Under the pieces are notes generated by a model. The model was not told the origin of the DNA, made no database searches, and saw only the letters and a list, made by a program, of their open reading frames with translations. From Candidatus Oxydemutatoraceae bacterium (GTDB taxonomy: Bacteria; Pseudomonadota; Gammaproteobacteria; Poriferisulfidales; Oxydemutatoraceae), in assembly GCA_965220085.1 (NCBI GenBank), contig CBDCOZ010000003.1, positions 1,376,001 through 1,440,000 on the forward strand: 64,000 bases of DNA, read 5' to 3'. The position numbers were made by a program, and so were the translations under genes. Positions 9,063-19,924 of the stretch are shown in pieces (position 1 is the stretch's first letter; the number at the start of each line of letters is the position of its first letter).

Positions 9063-12000
9063 TTAGCTACTCCAAGCAGTAGCGACTAGTTCGGCTTGTT
9101 GTAGCACCATCTGCACGGCAGCGTCCTGCAGGTCGGGTGGGTAGCCATACTCGCCCAGAATGCGCTTGACCAATAGTCGCATCTGCGCTCGTGCCGACTC
9201 GCGCTTAGCCCAGTCCACGCTGACATTCTTGCGCAGGGACTCCACCAGTTCATGGGCGATGACTAGTAATTGTTTGTTGCCCATCACCTCCACGGCGCTC
9301 TCGTTTTCAGCCAGTGCGTCGTAGAAGGCAACTTCTTCTTCGGACAGCCCCTGCTCTTCGCCGCGCCGCTGCGCCTCGCGCACTTCCTTCGCCAAGGCAA
9401 TTAACTCCTGTAGCGTTTCCACCGTGCTGATGGCGTTGGAGTGATAGCGCGCCATAGCGTCTTTCAACCGTTCAGAAAAAGCCCGTGATTCCACCATATT
9501 TACCTTGCTGCGCGAGCGAATCTGACCGTCCAGCAAACGCCGCAGCGCTTCCAACGCCAGATTCTTCTGCTCCATCTCCTGTATTTCCTGCAGGAACTCA
9601 TCGGATAAGATTGAAATCTCCTGAGTATGCAAACCAGCCGCTGCCAAAATATCTACAATCCCGGTAGAGATAGTTGCCCGACTGATTAGTTGCCGAATTA
9701 CTATCTCACGGTCAAGGTCTCGATTATCTTTGCCATCGCCACCAGATTGTCCTACGAGCACCTCGCGCACGGTCTGAAAAAATGCCACCTCTTCGCGGAT
9801 TTCCTGCGCTTCATCAAATGCCGCTGCCAGCGCAAAGGCCTTAGACAGCGCCAACACGGCATCCTGATAGCGTCGGCGCGCTCGCTTCTGTCCCTCCTCA
9901 GTCTCTTCCTTCTCTGCTGCCTCTCGTTGCGAGGCAAGTACCCACTCTGCGGCTCGCGCCAGTAGCTGCAACCGCGCTGTCTCATTCCCTTGCAATTCGG
10001 CCATGTAGTTGCCGAAGCCGTGGAAGATTCCGCGCACCACTTCGTAGCGTTGCTGCAACATTTGCAACACCTGTTCCTGATTGATACCGGTACTCTCCCG
10101 ATTGCGTTCGGTGTACTGCCCCAGTGCCTTCTTCAAATCCTGCGCTACGCCGATGTAATCCACCACCAGCCCCGCCTCTTTGCCGTGGAACACACGATTC
10201 ACCCGCGCAATTGCTTGCATCAGGCCATAGCCGTGCATCGGTTTGTCCATATAAAGAGTGTGCATACAAGGTGCGTCAAAGCCGGTCAGCCACATGTCGC
10301 ACACCAACACCAACCGTAACGAATCGTCGGGGTTGCGCGCGCGTCTGGCCATCCGTTCACGCCCACTGCTGTTGCGGATATGTTGTTGCCACTCCGGCGG
10401 ATCGCTGGCCGAGCCGGTCATGACCACTTTCACTACGCCGTTGCTGTCGTCCTCACTGTGCCAATCCGGTTGCAACGCCACAATCTGCCGGTATAACTCC
10501 ACACAGATGCGCCGGCTCATGCACACTGCCATCGCCTTGCCGTCCAGCGCTTCCAGCCGTCGCTCCAGATGATCTACCATGTCCTGTGCCACCATTGCCA
10601 GTCGCTGCTCACTACCCACCAACGCTTCCACGCTGGCCCATTGGCCTTTCAGACGCTCCTGTTCACGCACTTCTTCGTCCTCGGTTAGTGCATCCACCTC
10701 GGCGTCTAGGCGCTGCCGCTCGGTTTCGTCCAGTTTGATCCGAGCTAGCCGCGACTCGTAGTAAATCGGCACCGTGGCCTCGTCCTCTACCGCTCGGCTG
10801 ATGTCGTAGATGTCTATGTAGTTGCCGAACACCCCGGGCGTGTTCACGTCGTCCCGCTCAATAGGTGTTCCTGTAAAGCCGATGAAAGAGGCGTTGGGCA
10901 GAGCGTCTCTCATGTACTTGGCAAACCCGTAGGACACTTCGCCTGTTTTCTTATTCAACTTGGCACGAAAACCATATTGGCTACGGTGTGCCTCATCTGC
11001 AATCACCACGACATTGTTACGCTCTGTCAGTGGCTCCTCCGTTTCGCCAAACTTTTGCAGAGTGGTAAATATCACGCCGCCCGCTTCGCGCGACAGTTTG
11101 GCTTTCAGGTCATCGCGACCTTCGGCCTGCTCCGGGGTCTGTCGTAGCAGGTCGCTACAATCAGAGAAGGTCTGGAAAAGTTGTTCGTCCAAATCGTTGC
11201 GGTCGGTCAGAACCACCAAAGTAGGGTTGCGCATCTCCTGACTTTTTATCAGCTTGCCTGCGTAGAACGCCATCAGCAGGCTTTTGCCCGAACCCTGAGT
11301 ATGCCAGATTACCCCCGCACGTTTGTCGCCTTCGGGTTGCGTCCTTACGCTGGGCATGCCGTACTGCGCAGATTCTTCCGCAACCATTAACGGCTTCTTT
11401 TGCTGCTCCACTTCGCGGCTCGCGCGAATGGTAGACGCCAGTGCCCGATTCACCGCATGATACTGATGGTAGCCTGCCAAAAATTTCTTGCCACTCCCTG
11501 CAAACACAATGAAGTTGGCCAGCAGGTCCAACAACCGCTCCGGTGCAAAGACCCCCTCGGTTAGCACCTCTAACCCCGCTTTATCCTTGGGTGCGATATC
11601 CTTGCCGTCTGTAGTACGCCAAGGCATGAACCGCTCGCGCTGTGCTGTCAGCGATCCGATACGTGCATACACCCCGTTGGAGATTATCAAAAAGGCATTG
11701 GTGCGGAACAAATCCGGCACCTGATCTTTATAGGTCTGCAACTGGTTGTAAGCGGCACCGAACCAACCTTCCAAACCTGGCCGCTTCAATTCCACCACCG
11801 CTACCGGTAGCCCGTTTATGAACACCACCACATCGATACGGCGATGATACTTGCCCGAGATTACTGTGAACTGTTGCAACGCCAGCAGATCGTTGTTCTC
11901 TGGGTTGGCGAAATCTAATAGCTGCACACGCCCCCCGCGAACCTCGTCGTCCTCGTCCCGGTACTCCACCACCACGCCCTCCACCATCATTTGATGCAGA

Positions 12001-12263
12001 CGGCGGTTTTCCTCAAACAGCGATGGCAGGCTGTCCTGTACTACTTGGCGGACAGCACTTTTCCGAACATGTTCCGGTAGGTTCGGATTGAGCCGTTGCA
12101 CCGCTTCCCGCAGACGCGGCAGTAGTATGGTCTCGGCGTGAGTCTCGCGCTCGGGCTCGTCAGCATCGGGTCCGACTTCATCGGCGCACATGGTGGCATA
12201 CCCCAATGTGCGCAGTTGATTGAGGAGCACTTCCTCCACGCTGTCTTCCGGTAAAAAGGTCAT
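9063..12263 (-). CDS. hsdR: Type I restriction enzyme R subunit
   Basis: Nuclease motif [19 protein letters not shown], Walker [20 protein letters not shown] and QAIARVNR; DUF3387-like C-terminus; 1066 aa. Confidence 0.97.
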   Translation of the reverse strand: MTFLPEDSVEEVLLNQLRTLGYATMCADEVGPDADEPERETHAETILLPRLREAVQRLNPNLPEHVRKSAVRQVVQDSLPSLFEENRRLHQMMVEGVVVEYRDEDDEVRGGRVQLLDFANPENNDLLALQQFTVISGKYHRRIDVVVFINGLPVAVVELKRPGLEGWFGAAYNQLQTYKDQVPDLFRTNAFLIISNGVYARIGSLTAQRERFMPWRTTDGKDIAPKDKAGLEVLTEGVFAPERLLDLLANFIVFAGSGKKFLAGYHQYHAVNRALASTIRASREVEQQKKPLMVAEESAQYGMPSVRTQPEGDKRAGVIWHTQGSGKSLLMAFYAGKLIKSQEMRNPTLVVLTDRNDLDEQLFQTFSDCSDLLRQTPEQAEGRDDLKAKLSREAGGVIFTTLQKFGETEEPLTERNNVVVIADEAHRSQYGFRAKLNKKTGEVSYGFAKYMRDALPNASFIGFTGTPIERDDVNTPGVFGNYIDIYDISRAVEDEATVPIYYESRLARIKLDETERQRLDAEVDALTEDEEVREQERLKGQWASVEALVGSEQRLAMVAQDMVDHLERRLEALDGKAMAVCMSRRICVELYRQIVALQPDWHSEDDSNGVVKVVMTGSASDPPEWQQHIRNSSGRERMARRARNPDDSLRLVLVCDMWLTGFDAPCMHTLYMDKPMHGYGLMQAIARVNRVFHGKEAGLVVDYIGVAQDLKKALGQYTERNRESTGINQEQVLQMLQQRYEVVRGIFHGFGNYMAELQGNETARLQLLARAAEWVLASQREAAEKEETEEGQKRARRRYQDAVLALSKAFALAAAFDEAQEIREEVAFFQTVREVLVGQSGGDGKDNRDLDREIVIRQLISRATISTGIVDILAAAGLHTQEISILSDEFLQEIQEMEQKNLALEALRRLLDGQIRSRSKVNMVESRAFSERLKDAMARYHSNAISTVETLQELIALAKEVREAQRRGEEQGLSEEEVAFYDALAENESAVEVMGNKQLLVIAHELVESLRKNVSVDWAKRESARAQMRLLVKRILGEYGYPPDLQDAAVQMVLQQAELVATAWSS

Positions 12264-12394
12264 GAACTATTCAAAGGGGCTTGTCCCAATCTCAACAAGC
12301 AAAGGTGATTTTAGTATTGAGTGATTTAACGGTGGTCAAAGATTATTTTATACGGGTATTCGTTGATGAGTTCGGCGCAACCGCCAAGCTTTCA

Positions 12395-13162
12395 TCATGC
12401 GGCCAACTGTTCCTCTACCTGCTCTCGCTCTGACCATCGGACGGGATTAAGATTGTAGTTCTCCAAAGCTTCTACCACCACAGGCGAGACACTGTTGGCA
12501 TCATTCAGCACGGTGAATAAGAGGGAGTCATCTGCGCGGGTTTCTTTGGTGTCAATCCATTTGAAAACCAGGGCATTCACTGTATCTTTTTGGGGATTGG
12601 ACAGCGCTTGCAAAAGACGCTCGGGCTGTTTGCGTGATTTGGGGATGACAAAGTTGAACATGTGGTCATAGCTGCTCTTGCCAGTCAGCTTTATGTGCGG
12701 CGTATAGCGTATGCCTTTATGGTCCAGCCATTTGGTCACATCCTCCAGAAACAGGCTTTCCACATGGGGGGCGGCCAGATAGAACAGGTCGTTGACCGCC
12801 AGCATGGCTTGTATCATGTTGTGTTTGCGCAGGGGAAAGTTTTCCGCTGTAGCATGCACAGACAGTTGCTCGTCATCTATGCGCACACCAAACCCCGCCA
12901 GAGTCATCTTCAACAGTTGTTGTCGTTTGGGCGAATCCAGATTGCACCCGGAACTGGCGAGGTCGGATATGATGTAGCCATCGTCGGTCAGCACATAGCC
13001 GTTGCCATCCTTGCGGGCGTATATCTGCAGGCAGTCATTGTGGCGGTCCAGGTGCGGGGTAGTTATCTCCGCCAAGTCGTCATCTATCTGTTGCAAAACA
13101 GTCTTGTCTTGCAACCACTTTCTATACTCGGTCAGCAGACCTCGAATCTCTTCAACAATCAT
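12395..13162 (-). CDS. DUF1828/DUF1829 domain protein (uncharacterised, commonly near R-M genes and prophages)
   Basis: EITTPHLDRHNDCLQIY, LTDDGY, F(L)EDV and GKSSYDHMFNFVIP are family-like motifs. Start placed at ATG 13162 behind AGGAGG. Confidence 0.8.
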   Translation of the reverse strand: MIVEEIRGLLTEYRKWLQDKTVLQQIDDDLAEITTPHLDRHNDCLQIYARKDGNGYVLTDDGYIISDLASSGCNLDSPKRQQLLKMTLAGFGVRIDDEQLSVHATAENFPLRKHNMIQAMLAVNDLFYLAAPHVESLFLEDVTKWLDHKGIRYTPHIKLTGKSSYDHMFNFVIPKSRKQPERLLQALSNPQKDTVNALVFKWIDTKETRADDSLLFTVLNDANSVSPVVVEALENYNLNPVRWSEREQVEEQLAA

Positions 13163-13254
13163 GCCAGCAAACCTCCTGATATGTACGGGTGACAATAATT
13201 ACAGAATTCCATGAAATCTTCAAGCACCTGCAGAGCATTGCCGGGATTACTGAA
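13159..13254 (-). pseudogene. 3' remnant of the small partner gene (DUF6978-like) normally upstream of DUF1829 genes
   Basis: Frame FSNPGNALQVLEDFMEFCNYCHPYISGGLLA* has no start codon (an in-frame TAA precedes it), and its TGA overlaps the DUF1829 ATG (ATGA). Family assignment is from memory of similar C-termini. Confidence 0.45.
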
Positions 13255-13273
13255 TTAACCCATCAACAATGAT

Positions 13274-14969
13274 TCAGGATCTAAGATCCTGCACTATCTG
13301 CTCGATATCCCTGCCTTTCGAATCTTTATGCTTGGGGCCCTTGGAGCCCCTCCACTTATCCCAAATGTTAACCGTCGCGCTATTGGGATGTATCCTCGGC
13401 TTGTTCAACTGCACCCGGCTGGGCAAAAGGGAGGCATCCCCAACAACCAGTGCCTCCCCAATATCCAAGATAGGCAACAGGGCGGCGAAGTTACCCATGT
13501 TGTCTGGGAAAAGCCTCCTAATCACATTTTGATCGTCGGCATTGGATAGCCGCATAGCCATGAAATTGCCGCACTGGCTCAACACAGCCTTGCTAACATC
13601 AGCTGGCCGCTGGCTAATGACGACCAAAGCCACACCGTACTTGCGGCCTTCCTTAGCCACCCTCTCAAAATTCTGCAAGCCCCTGGCCTCCATGCTCCTG
13701 TCCGTGGAAGCCGGGATGTACAAGTGAGCTTCGTCGCAGAACATCGCCACCGGATGCCTGAAGCCCTCCTTCGTACGCTGTTGCACAGTGAATATCAAGC
13801 GTACTAGCAATCCCATAACCAGCGGGAGTATGTCAGAAGGAACTTCGGAAAAATCCACAATTTTTATCCCGGTTCCGTTGCCAAAATCCAGAAGTTCCCT
13901 GAGTAGGGATGCCAACCAACCCTTGTCCAGCAACTTCTCGTCTTGGCAGAAGATGAGGTTTAGCCTCCGATCTGCCCTCTTGCTATTCAGCCTTTGGATG
14001 AAGCGCGTCAGCTTGCCATGGAGGGGGCCCTGCTTCGGCCCCCTCTGACCAGACACCATCTCTTCGTCGAGTTCAATGAGTTTCCCCAACAGATCCGAGA
14101 GCTTGTAGGGATATGGGGCTATCTATCGTGAAATCCTCCGGCATGTCGGAGCCCAAGAACTCTCTAGCCCACCCCCTCTTCAAGTCAATGATGTTATCCA
14201 AGAGGACCCTAGACTGGTTCGGGGCATTGCTGTCGCTCCTATCCAGAAGGAAATCCTCCATCTCTTCATACGAAAAAAGCCAATAGGGAAGGAAGACAAC
14301 CCCGCCTCCAGGCTTATCAGTAGGCCCCGCGATCTTGAGTAAGCATGTGTTCGGAAGATCTTTCAGGGGACTATACTCGCCGTGCAGGTCAAAAACTATG
14401 CAATTTACATCCCGTAATTTCGACGCTTGCTCCAAGATGTTCGCAACAGTCCAGGATTTGCCCGACCCGGTACCCCCAACGATTACAGCATGGCGCTGGA
14501 AGAATTTATTTCCATCAAGTCTGGCATCCGATTCTGCAGATATCGCGTATTTTCCCAGCTCCAGAGATTGCTGATTCTGAGTAGTTATGGCATTCATAAA
14601 CTTAGTTAGGTCACTCCCCTTGACAAGGTGGCAAGCGGCACTGACACTGGGCACTGTCCTCAGAGTGCGCTTGAACACATTCTTATCAGTGCCATCCCTC
14701 TCTATGAGGGTGCCCACCAAACTAACAAGCACAGCATTCTCAACTTCCTCTTCACCGTCTCCCCCGGGAACCTCGGCTCCACTGGAGAAAGGCTTCCTGA
14801 CAATCTTGGTGACAAGGCCTATAATGTGTTCATTCGTCCGGCTGGATTGGACTCGAACAATCTGATTCACCTGCACACTGTTCAACACTTCATCATTCTT
14901 TACTTCTACCGATACATTGCCAGTGTCAACACTCCGCACTTTCCCGATGCTCTCACCTTCGGTCCACAT
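13274..14969 (-). pseudogene. herA: HerA-like (DUF87) ATPase of a Sir2-HerA system, split by a +1 frameshift near 14111
   Basis: ORF 14073..14969 has the HAS-barrel-like N-terminus and Walker A GGTGSGKS. ORF 13274..14089 has Walker B FCDEAH, EGRKYG and SQRP. Removing one base in CCC ATA TCC CTA C restores ...DSPIPYKLSDLLGKLIELDEEM... Confidence 0.85.
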
Positions 14970-14978
14970 ATCCGTCTC

Positions 14979-15959
14979 CTAAAAGATGTCCTTTACAAAA
15001 CTGTCGGGTTGCCAGTAAGCACCCTCCAAAACTTCTTCTATTATATCGCTACCCAGTGTTCTGTGCTTGATGGTCACCTTCGTCTCGCCATTGCCCGCAC
15101 CCTCCAAGTATGCAAACTGATTTGCGCTACTGCACAGCTTGTTCAACTGGGGTGTTGTAGCCTTTGTGATGGACACGAGCGGGATACCCTGCTGAATCCG
15201 CTCTTTCACCTTCGGAGTCAAATGCTCGTCATTGAACCCGAACCCGACGAGGAGCAGGCTCCTTGCTTTCTCAATGCATTCATCAGACAAGTGCACAAGG
15301 TCTCTGTAGGGCATGCCCACCGTCTCTTGATACTTTTCTCTGCCTGGGAGAACAATTTGGGGGAAGCCATGGGGTGCGCAATACTCTCTGCCATCCGCAA
15401 TGTGTCGGGTTAAGCCACCAATATCCCACCAATTCAACGAGCCATGTACCTTTATGAGCCGAACCCCATTTTTGGGGAAGCCGTTCCTACCCCTAAATGC
15501 TGAGAGATTCTTCCCGTTAAATCCGTCGCTGTACGATATGCCGTAGTAAGAAAGAGTGTGTTCCAGCACCCTGTCGTAGTTTGTGGTTACGATGGTCAGA
15601 GACTCTGGGTAGGATTCTACGAACTTCTGCACTAACTCCCTCACACTGTGCAACCTTTCTTTCCCCCTCAGAAGCCCTTCCAGAATCCTCATATCCGCTT
15701 CATGCACCGCTTGCCAAATAACCTCCTTCATCTGCGGGAGTAACTCGCGGTACTTGTCCTTCCCCAGCTCAGCCTCCAGATTCACCCCTTCGTCGGGTTG
15801 GTAGCCCTCAATCCTATCTTTCAGGATTTCGTGGAGCTCACCCATAGTGGGCAAGCCAAATGGTGCTGTGGCACCTGAACCCCAGACAATGACGGGTGGG
15901 TTGCCAAGCATATCCTGAATGGCCTTAAATATCATGGATATGTCTTGGGAATTATTCAT
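14979..15959 (-). CDS. SIR2-family (SIR2_2-like) protein, putative NADase effector
   Basis: WGSGAT, TTNYD, KVHGSLNW and GFGFNDEHL motifs. ATG 15959 follows GAGGAGG and overlaps the hsdS stop. Lies directly upstream of herA. Confidence 0.9.
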   Translation of the reverse strand: MNNSQDISMIFKAIQDMLGNPPVIVWGSGATAPFGLPTMGELHEILKDRIEGYQPDEGVNLEAELGKDKYRELLPQMKEVIWQAVHEADMRILEGLLRGKERLHSVRELVQKFVESYPESLTIVTTNYDRVLEHTLSYYGISYSDGFNGKNLSAFRGRNGFPKNGVRLIKVHGSLNWWDIGGLTRHIADGREYCAPHGFPQIVLPGREKYQETVGMPYRDLVHLSDECIEKARSLLLVGFGFNDEHLTPKVKERIQQGIPLVSITKATTPQLNKLCSSANQFAYLEGAGNGETKVTIKHRTLGSDIIEEVLEGAYWQPDSFVKDIF

Positions 15960-17637
15960 TGTGCGCCTCCTCACACCGCACATGCCCCATACTGACTCTC
16001 TGTGCGCCAGAGAGAAAGCGGGGGAGCATTGTATCGCGGGTGCTGGACAGTGTGCAAGAGGTGCGCTCGTTCAGCTCCACTTGGCTGTCCCAGGGGGCGC
16101 ACAGTTGCTCAAAGGCTTGTATGACTGTCTGGGGTGGGTTGATGCATGGGATGGCCTGGAAGTCCTTTTTGCTGATGGAGCCGAATACAGTGCCCTCATC
16201 CTTGTAGGGTGCGAAGATGTGGGCGAGGCTGCGCATGAAGTGGTAGGTGTAGGAGCGGCTGTCGGATTTGTGGCGTATCGCCGCCACTCCTCGGCCTATG
16301 GCGCAATCCTCAAGGGCCATATTGATGTCGCCTACGGGTGCCCGGACACTAACCAGGGTGTCGCCAGCATTGGCCAGTCTGGTCGGCTCTGTGCAGTAGA
16401 TCCTTTTGCCGGGGAACCTGAATTGGAAGTCCGCCCGGCCCTGATAGAAGGGCAGGCCGTCCCCGGTCTCGTTGTAGCTTTTGCTTGGCGGGGATTGCCC
16501 CATTGTCAGGTCAAATGTGTCACCTATCCGGCCTGTTTGCCAGCCGGCGGGGATGGGGCCTTGCTCGGATTCTTCAAAGCGGTTGGGGAATAGGGCGGAT
16601 ATGTGGGCGGGCAGGCCGGGGTCTTGGCCTGCGACTTTGGCGTGGACGGGATCAAAGTCTATGAACCAACTCTTGAAAAGAGCCTGAGCCATGGCTTCCA
16701 AGGTTTCGCTCATGCGGCGGTTGAGTTCTATCTTGTCGTCCAGTGTGCCGAGGATGTGGGCTATGGCGCGCTGCTCTTGCATTGGTGGCAGATGGAACTT
16801 GTATCTTTTGACCTGGTCCAAAGTGACCCTTTGCCTGCCAGAGGTGCCCGTCATGGATTGTATGGCCACATTTCTGAATGGCTGTGATATGGCAAGATAG
16901 TACAGGAATTGGCAGTCTGATACTCCAAGCTTTTCGCGTAGTACTATAAACTCCGTAGAGCCAAAGGCTACTTCATCAGCATCTAAGCAATCCACGAATG
17001 CTGTTTTGCCATTCTCCAGGCATGGAGTTATGCGGGCTATCAGAGTGTCTCCATTTCTAAATTTTGCGCCCCCCCTGTAATCTCGCACTACATGCTTGGC
17101 AATCTTTTTAGTGAAAGGTAGCAAGGCATCCATATCAATCTTTTTGAAGTGTTGCCCTTTGGGCAAGGCTTCGCGAGGGTTAATGTGGGCGGCATCTTGC
17201 AGGGCTACTTCACACCATTCGCTAGGTGAGGTGGTATTGTCGCTCATGATTTGCCTCGGTGCAGGATTGTGTGGTCCCACTCTATCTCCTGATGGAAGTG
17301 TTTGGGCAGGCACTTTGCCGTTTACCTTTTGCAGAATGAAGTGCTCCCGTTCAATGCTCTTGTGGAAACTCTCCGGCACTTCATCCCAAACAAAAAAATC
17401 AACTGTGAATGGTAGGTCACTTTCTTCAAAGGCTTCCTTGAGGAGCATGACATCCGTTGCTTGCTCTGGTGTAGCAAAAGCCACCATGTCCAGATCGGAG
17501 TCGGGACGCGAACTGAATTTGACGCGGGAACCGTAAGCCCAGACTTCGGTGTTGGGGAGATGCTTCCGAAGCAGTTTTTTGACAAGCTTGAGTTGCCCGG
17601 GGGTCAGGTCTATGTTGCCCAGCGTGCCGCCTTTCAC
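15952..17637 (-). CDS. hsdS: Type I R-M specificity subunit with an N-terminally fused MNT nucleotidyltransferase domain
   Basis: GTG start at 17637 overlaps the HEPN stop (GTGA). The first ~100 aa carry VWAYGSRVKFSSRPDSDLD (GS-x10-DxD). A linker follows, then two TRDs separated by the conserved PPMQEQRAIAHILGTLDDKIELNRRMSETLEAMAQALFKSWF spacer. Confidence 0.92.
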   Translation of the reverse strand: MKGGTLGNIDLTPGQLKLVKKLLRKHLPNTEVWAYGSRVKFSSRPDSDLDMVAFATPEQATDVMLLKEAFEESDLPFTVDFFVWDEVPESFHKSIEREHFILQKVNGKVPAQTLPSGDRVGPHNPAPRQIMSDNTTSPSEWCEVALQDAAHINPREALPKGQHFKKIDMDALLPFTKKIAKHVVRDYRGGAKFRNGDTLIARITPCLENGKTAFVDCLDADEVAFGSTEFIVLREKLGVSDCQFLYYLAISQPFRNVAIQSMTGTSGRQRVTLDQVKRYKFHLPPMQEQRAIAHILGTLDDKIELNRRMSETLEAMAQALFKSWFIDFDPVHAKVAGQDPGLPAHISALFPNRFEESEQGPIPAGWQTGRIGDTFDLTMGQSPPSKSYNETGDGLPFYQGRADFQFRFPGKRIYCTEPTRLANAGDTLVSVRAPVGDINMALEDCAIGRGVAAIRHKSDSRSYTYHFMRSLAHIFAPYKDEGTVFGSISKKDFQAIPCINPPQTVIQAFEQLCAPWDSQVELNERTSCTLSSTRDTMLPRFLSGAQRVSMGHVRCEEAHNE

Positions 17638-18050
17638 GCCCAATCTTCTCCGGTCATGTTCTTGTAAAGCATTATGGCATCTTCCACAAAAGCTGCCATG
17701 GATGACAGTGCAGATTGGGCTTTCTCGCCGTTGTAGTCGTGTGTGGTGTCGATGCGCATCTGTATGTATTGGAACCATTGTTCCACGGAGGGTTGTAGCA
17801 GCCCATGTTTATGAGCCAGGCGCGCCAGCGGCTTGGGGCCTGTGGGCACATCGGATAATCCCGTCTCCTCTTCCAGGTGCCGCTTTGCGACTTTCCAGAG
17901 GCAGTCGTAGCACACTTCAAAGCGCTGGATCACGGATTCGGCTATGCCGTCCTTGTTCCATTGAGGCCAGCTGTCGTCCATGGAGTTGTAATGCTGCAGT
18001 TGCTCCTCCAGGTTTTTGAGCGAGAGCTTAAAATTGTTGTAGTCAATCAT
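17634..18050 (-). CDS. HEPN-domain protein (HI0074 / nucleotidyltransferase substrate-binding family), putative RNase toxin
   Basis: [15 protein letters not shown] helix and an intact R-x4-H-x-Y motif (RIDTTHDY). ATG overlaps the hsdM stop. Confidence 0.88.
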   Translation of the reverse strand: MIDYNNFKLSLKNLEEQLQHYNSMDDSWPQWNKDGIAESVIQRFEVCYDCLWKVAKRHLEEETGLSDVPTGPKPLARLAHKHGLLQPSVEQWFQYIQMRIDTTHDYNGEKAQSALSSMAAFVEDAIMLYKNMTGEDWA

Positions 18051-19603
18051 CGGGTGTCCTCCCAGAATCCCAAACTCTTAAGATTGCGACGGATAGCTTC
18101 GTCCAGTTTCCGAGCCTCGGTCTGTTGCTCGCGCAGTTGCGTACTCAATCGTCGCATTTTATCCTCAAACGGCTCATCGTCCTCCTCGGCGGGCGCCATG
18201 CCGACATAGCGACCGGGGGTGAGCACGAAGTCGTGGTGGCGGATCTCGTCCAAGTCGGCTGATTTGCAAAATCCCGGTTCGTCCTCGTAGGTGCCGTCCT
18301 TCTCTTCGCCGCGCCATGCGTGGTAGGTGCGGCTGATTTTGGCGATCTCCTTATCGCTCAATTCCTTGCGGTTGCGGGTCACCATCTCTCCCATCTCGCG
18401 GGCGTCAATAAACAGCGTCTGACCTCTGCGGTCACGCCAATCTTTCGGGTTTTTGTTGCGCGCGAGGAACCACAGGCAGACCGGAATCTGAGTGGAGTGG
18501 AAGAGTTGTCCCGGTAGTGCCACCATGCAATCCACGACATCCTTGTTCACCATGCCCTCGCGTATCGCCACCTCGGCGGTAGCGGAAGTAGACATGGAGC
18601 CGTTAGCCAACACGATGCCAGCCATGCCCTTTTTCGGTCTCAGGTGGTAGTGGATATGCTGTAGCCAAGCATAGTTAGAATTTCCGGTCGGCGGGGTGCC
18701 GAATGTCCAGCGCGGGTCATCCTTCAGGCGCTCGCCGCCCCAGTCGGAATCGTTGAACGGCGGATTAGCCAGTATGTAATCACTTTTTAGGTCTGGGTGT
18801 GCGTCTTTGTGGAAACTGCCCTCATTGTTCCAGTCGATATCCGCTTCAATACCTCGCACCGCCAGATTCATCTTGGCTAAACGCCAAGTGGTGCGATTGG
18901 ATTCCTGACCGTAGATGGCAATATCTTTTTTATGTCCGCCGTGTTCCTCAACAAACTGCTCCGATTGCACGAACATACCGCCCGAACCGCAGCAGGGGTC
19001 GTACACGCGACCCTTGAACGGTTCCAACATCTCCACCAACAGGCGTACCACCGTGCGAGGAGTGTAATATTCTCCGCCATCAGTATTAGCGAACTTGGCT
19101 AGAAAGTATTCATACACGCGTCCCAGCACATCTTCAGAGCCGTTGCTCTCGGTAGTCAATTCAATGTTCGTGACCTGATCGATTAGGCTACCCAGCATCT
19201 GGCTTCTGAGGTTAGGACGACTGTAATCTTTGGGGAGTACACCTTTCAGCGACTTGTTCTCCCTTTCTATCGCTCGCATGGCGGTGTCTATCAGTTCGCC
19301 GATGTTCGGTTCGCGGGCTTTGTCACGCAGAAGGGACCAGCGCGCCCTTTTCGGCACCCAGAATATGTTTTCGGCGAGATATTCGTCCCTGTCTTCGGCT
19401 CGTTTCTTACTATCAGCCAGCAGTTTTGCGTGTTTGGCTTCAAAGGTGTGGGAGATATGGCGCAGGAAAATCAAGCCCAACACTACATGCTTATACTCCG
19501 ATGGGTCCATGTTGCCGCGCAGAGTGTCCGCAGCTTTGAACAGGTCGGCTTCTATGTTCAATCCGGAGCCGTTGCCCGGAGCCATTGCTTTCTTCTTTGC
19601 CAT
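18047..19603 (-). CDS. hsdM: Type I R-M methyltransferase subunit (m6A)
   Basis: [25 protein letters not shown] (motif I), ANPPFN (motif IV) and LTPGRYVG. Likely start ATG 19603 (MAKKKA). Confidence 0.96.
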   Translation of the reverse strand: MAKKKAMAPGNGSGLNIEADLFKAADTLRGNMDPSEYKHVVLGLIFLRHISHTFEAKHAKLLADSKKRAEDRDEYLAENIFWVPKRARWSLLRDKAREPNIGELIDTAMRAIERENKSLKGVLPKDYSRPNLRSQMLGSLIDQVTNIELTTESNGSEDVLGRVYEYFLAKFANTDGGEYYTPRTVVRLLVEMLEPFKGRVYDPCCGSGGMFVQSEQFVEEHGGHKKDIAIYGQESNRTTWRLAKMNLAVRGIEADIDWNNEGSFHKDAHPDLKSDYILANPPFNDSDWGGERLKDDPRWTFGTPPTGNSNYAWLQHIHYHLRPKKGMAGIVLANGSMSTSATAEVAIREGMVNKDVVDCMVALPGQLFHSTQIPVCLWFLARNKNPKDWRDRRGQTLFIDAREMGEMVTRNRKELSDKEIAKISRTYHAWRGEEKDGTYEDEPGFCKSADLDEIRHHDFVLTPGRYVGMAPAEEDDEPFEDKMRRLSTQLREQQTEARKLDEAIRRNLKSLGFWEDTR

Positions 19604-19654
19604 ATTGATTCTCTGATGCAATTCCGCTGGGTGCGGCGTATATATTAAGCGGTC

Positions 19655-19663
19655 AGTGTAGCA
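19655..19663 (-). promoter_or_regulatory. Candidate extended -10 promoter (TGcTACACT) of hsdM, duplicated at 23386-23394
   Basis: The block TATATTAAGCGGTCAGTGTAGCATGG is conserved in both copies, upstream of an MAKKKA start. Confidence 0.45.
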
Positions 19664-19799
19664 TGGTACAGCGCAGTTATTTATGGTGCTGTGGGAAAGC
19701 AATAATATTGCTTTCCTCATCAGGTGCTAATCATTTTCCCCTCTCTGATTCGCCTGCAGGGATGGTGCAAGAGGAGAGTTGTTTGCTTGCATTGTGCGT

Positions 19800-19880
19800 A
19801 GGTGGCTTTGGCGCGGACGGTATTAAAGTCTATGAACCAAGATTTGAAAAGAGTCTGAGCTATTGCTCCAAGGCTTCCTA
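19800..19880 (-). pseudogene. Fragment of the hsdS central conserved region
   Basis: LGAIAQTLFKSWFIDFNTVRAK aligns with LEAMAQALFKSWFIDFDPVHAK of hsdS (~16635-16705); the DNA is visibly similar. Confidence 0.75.
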
Positions 19881-19924
19881 CAGAGTAGTCGCCTTTATCT
19901 AGTTTGGACGGGGTCAGTTTGTCC

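Noticed and set aside
17638-17778. N-terminal extension of the hsdS ORF (and similar extensions on hsdM, SIR2, MNT2 and DUF1829)
   Set aside because: They overlap upstream genes or promoters; coupled starts or RBS-backed starts give better boundaries.
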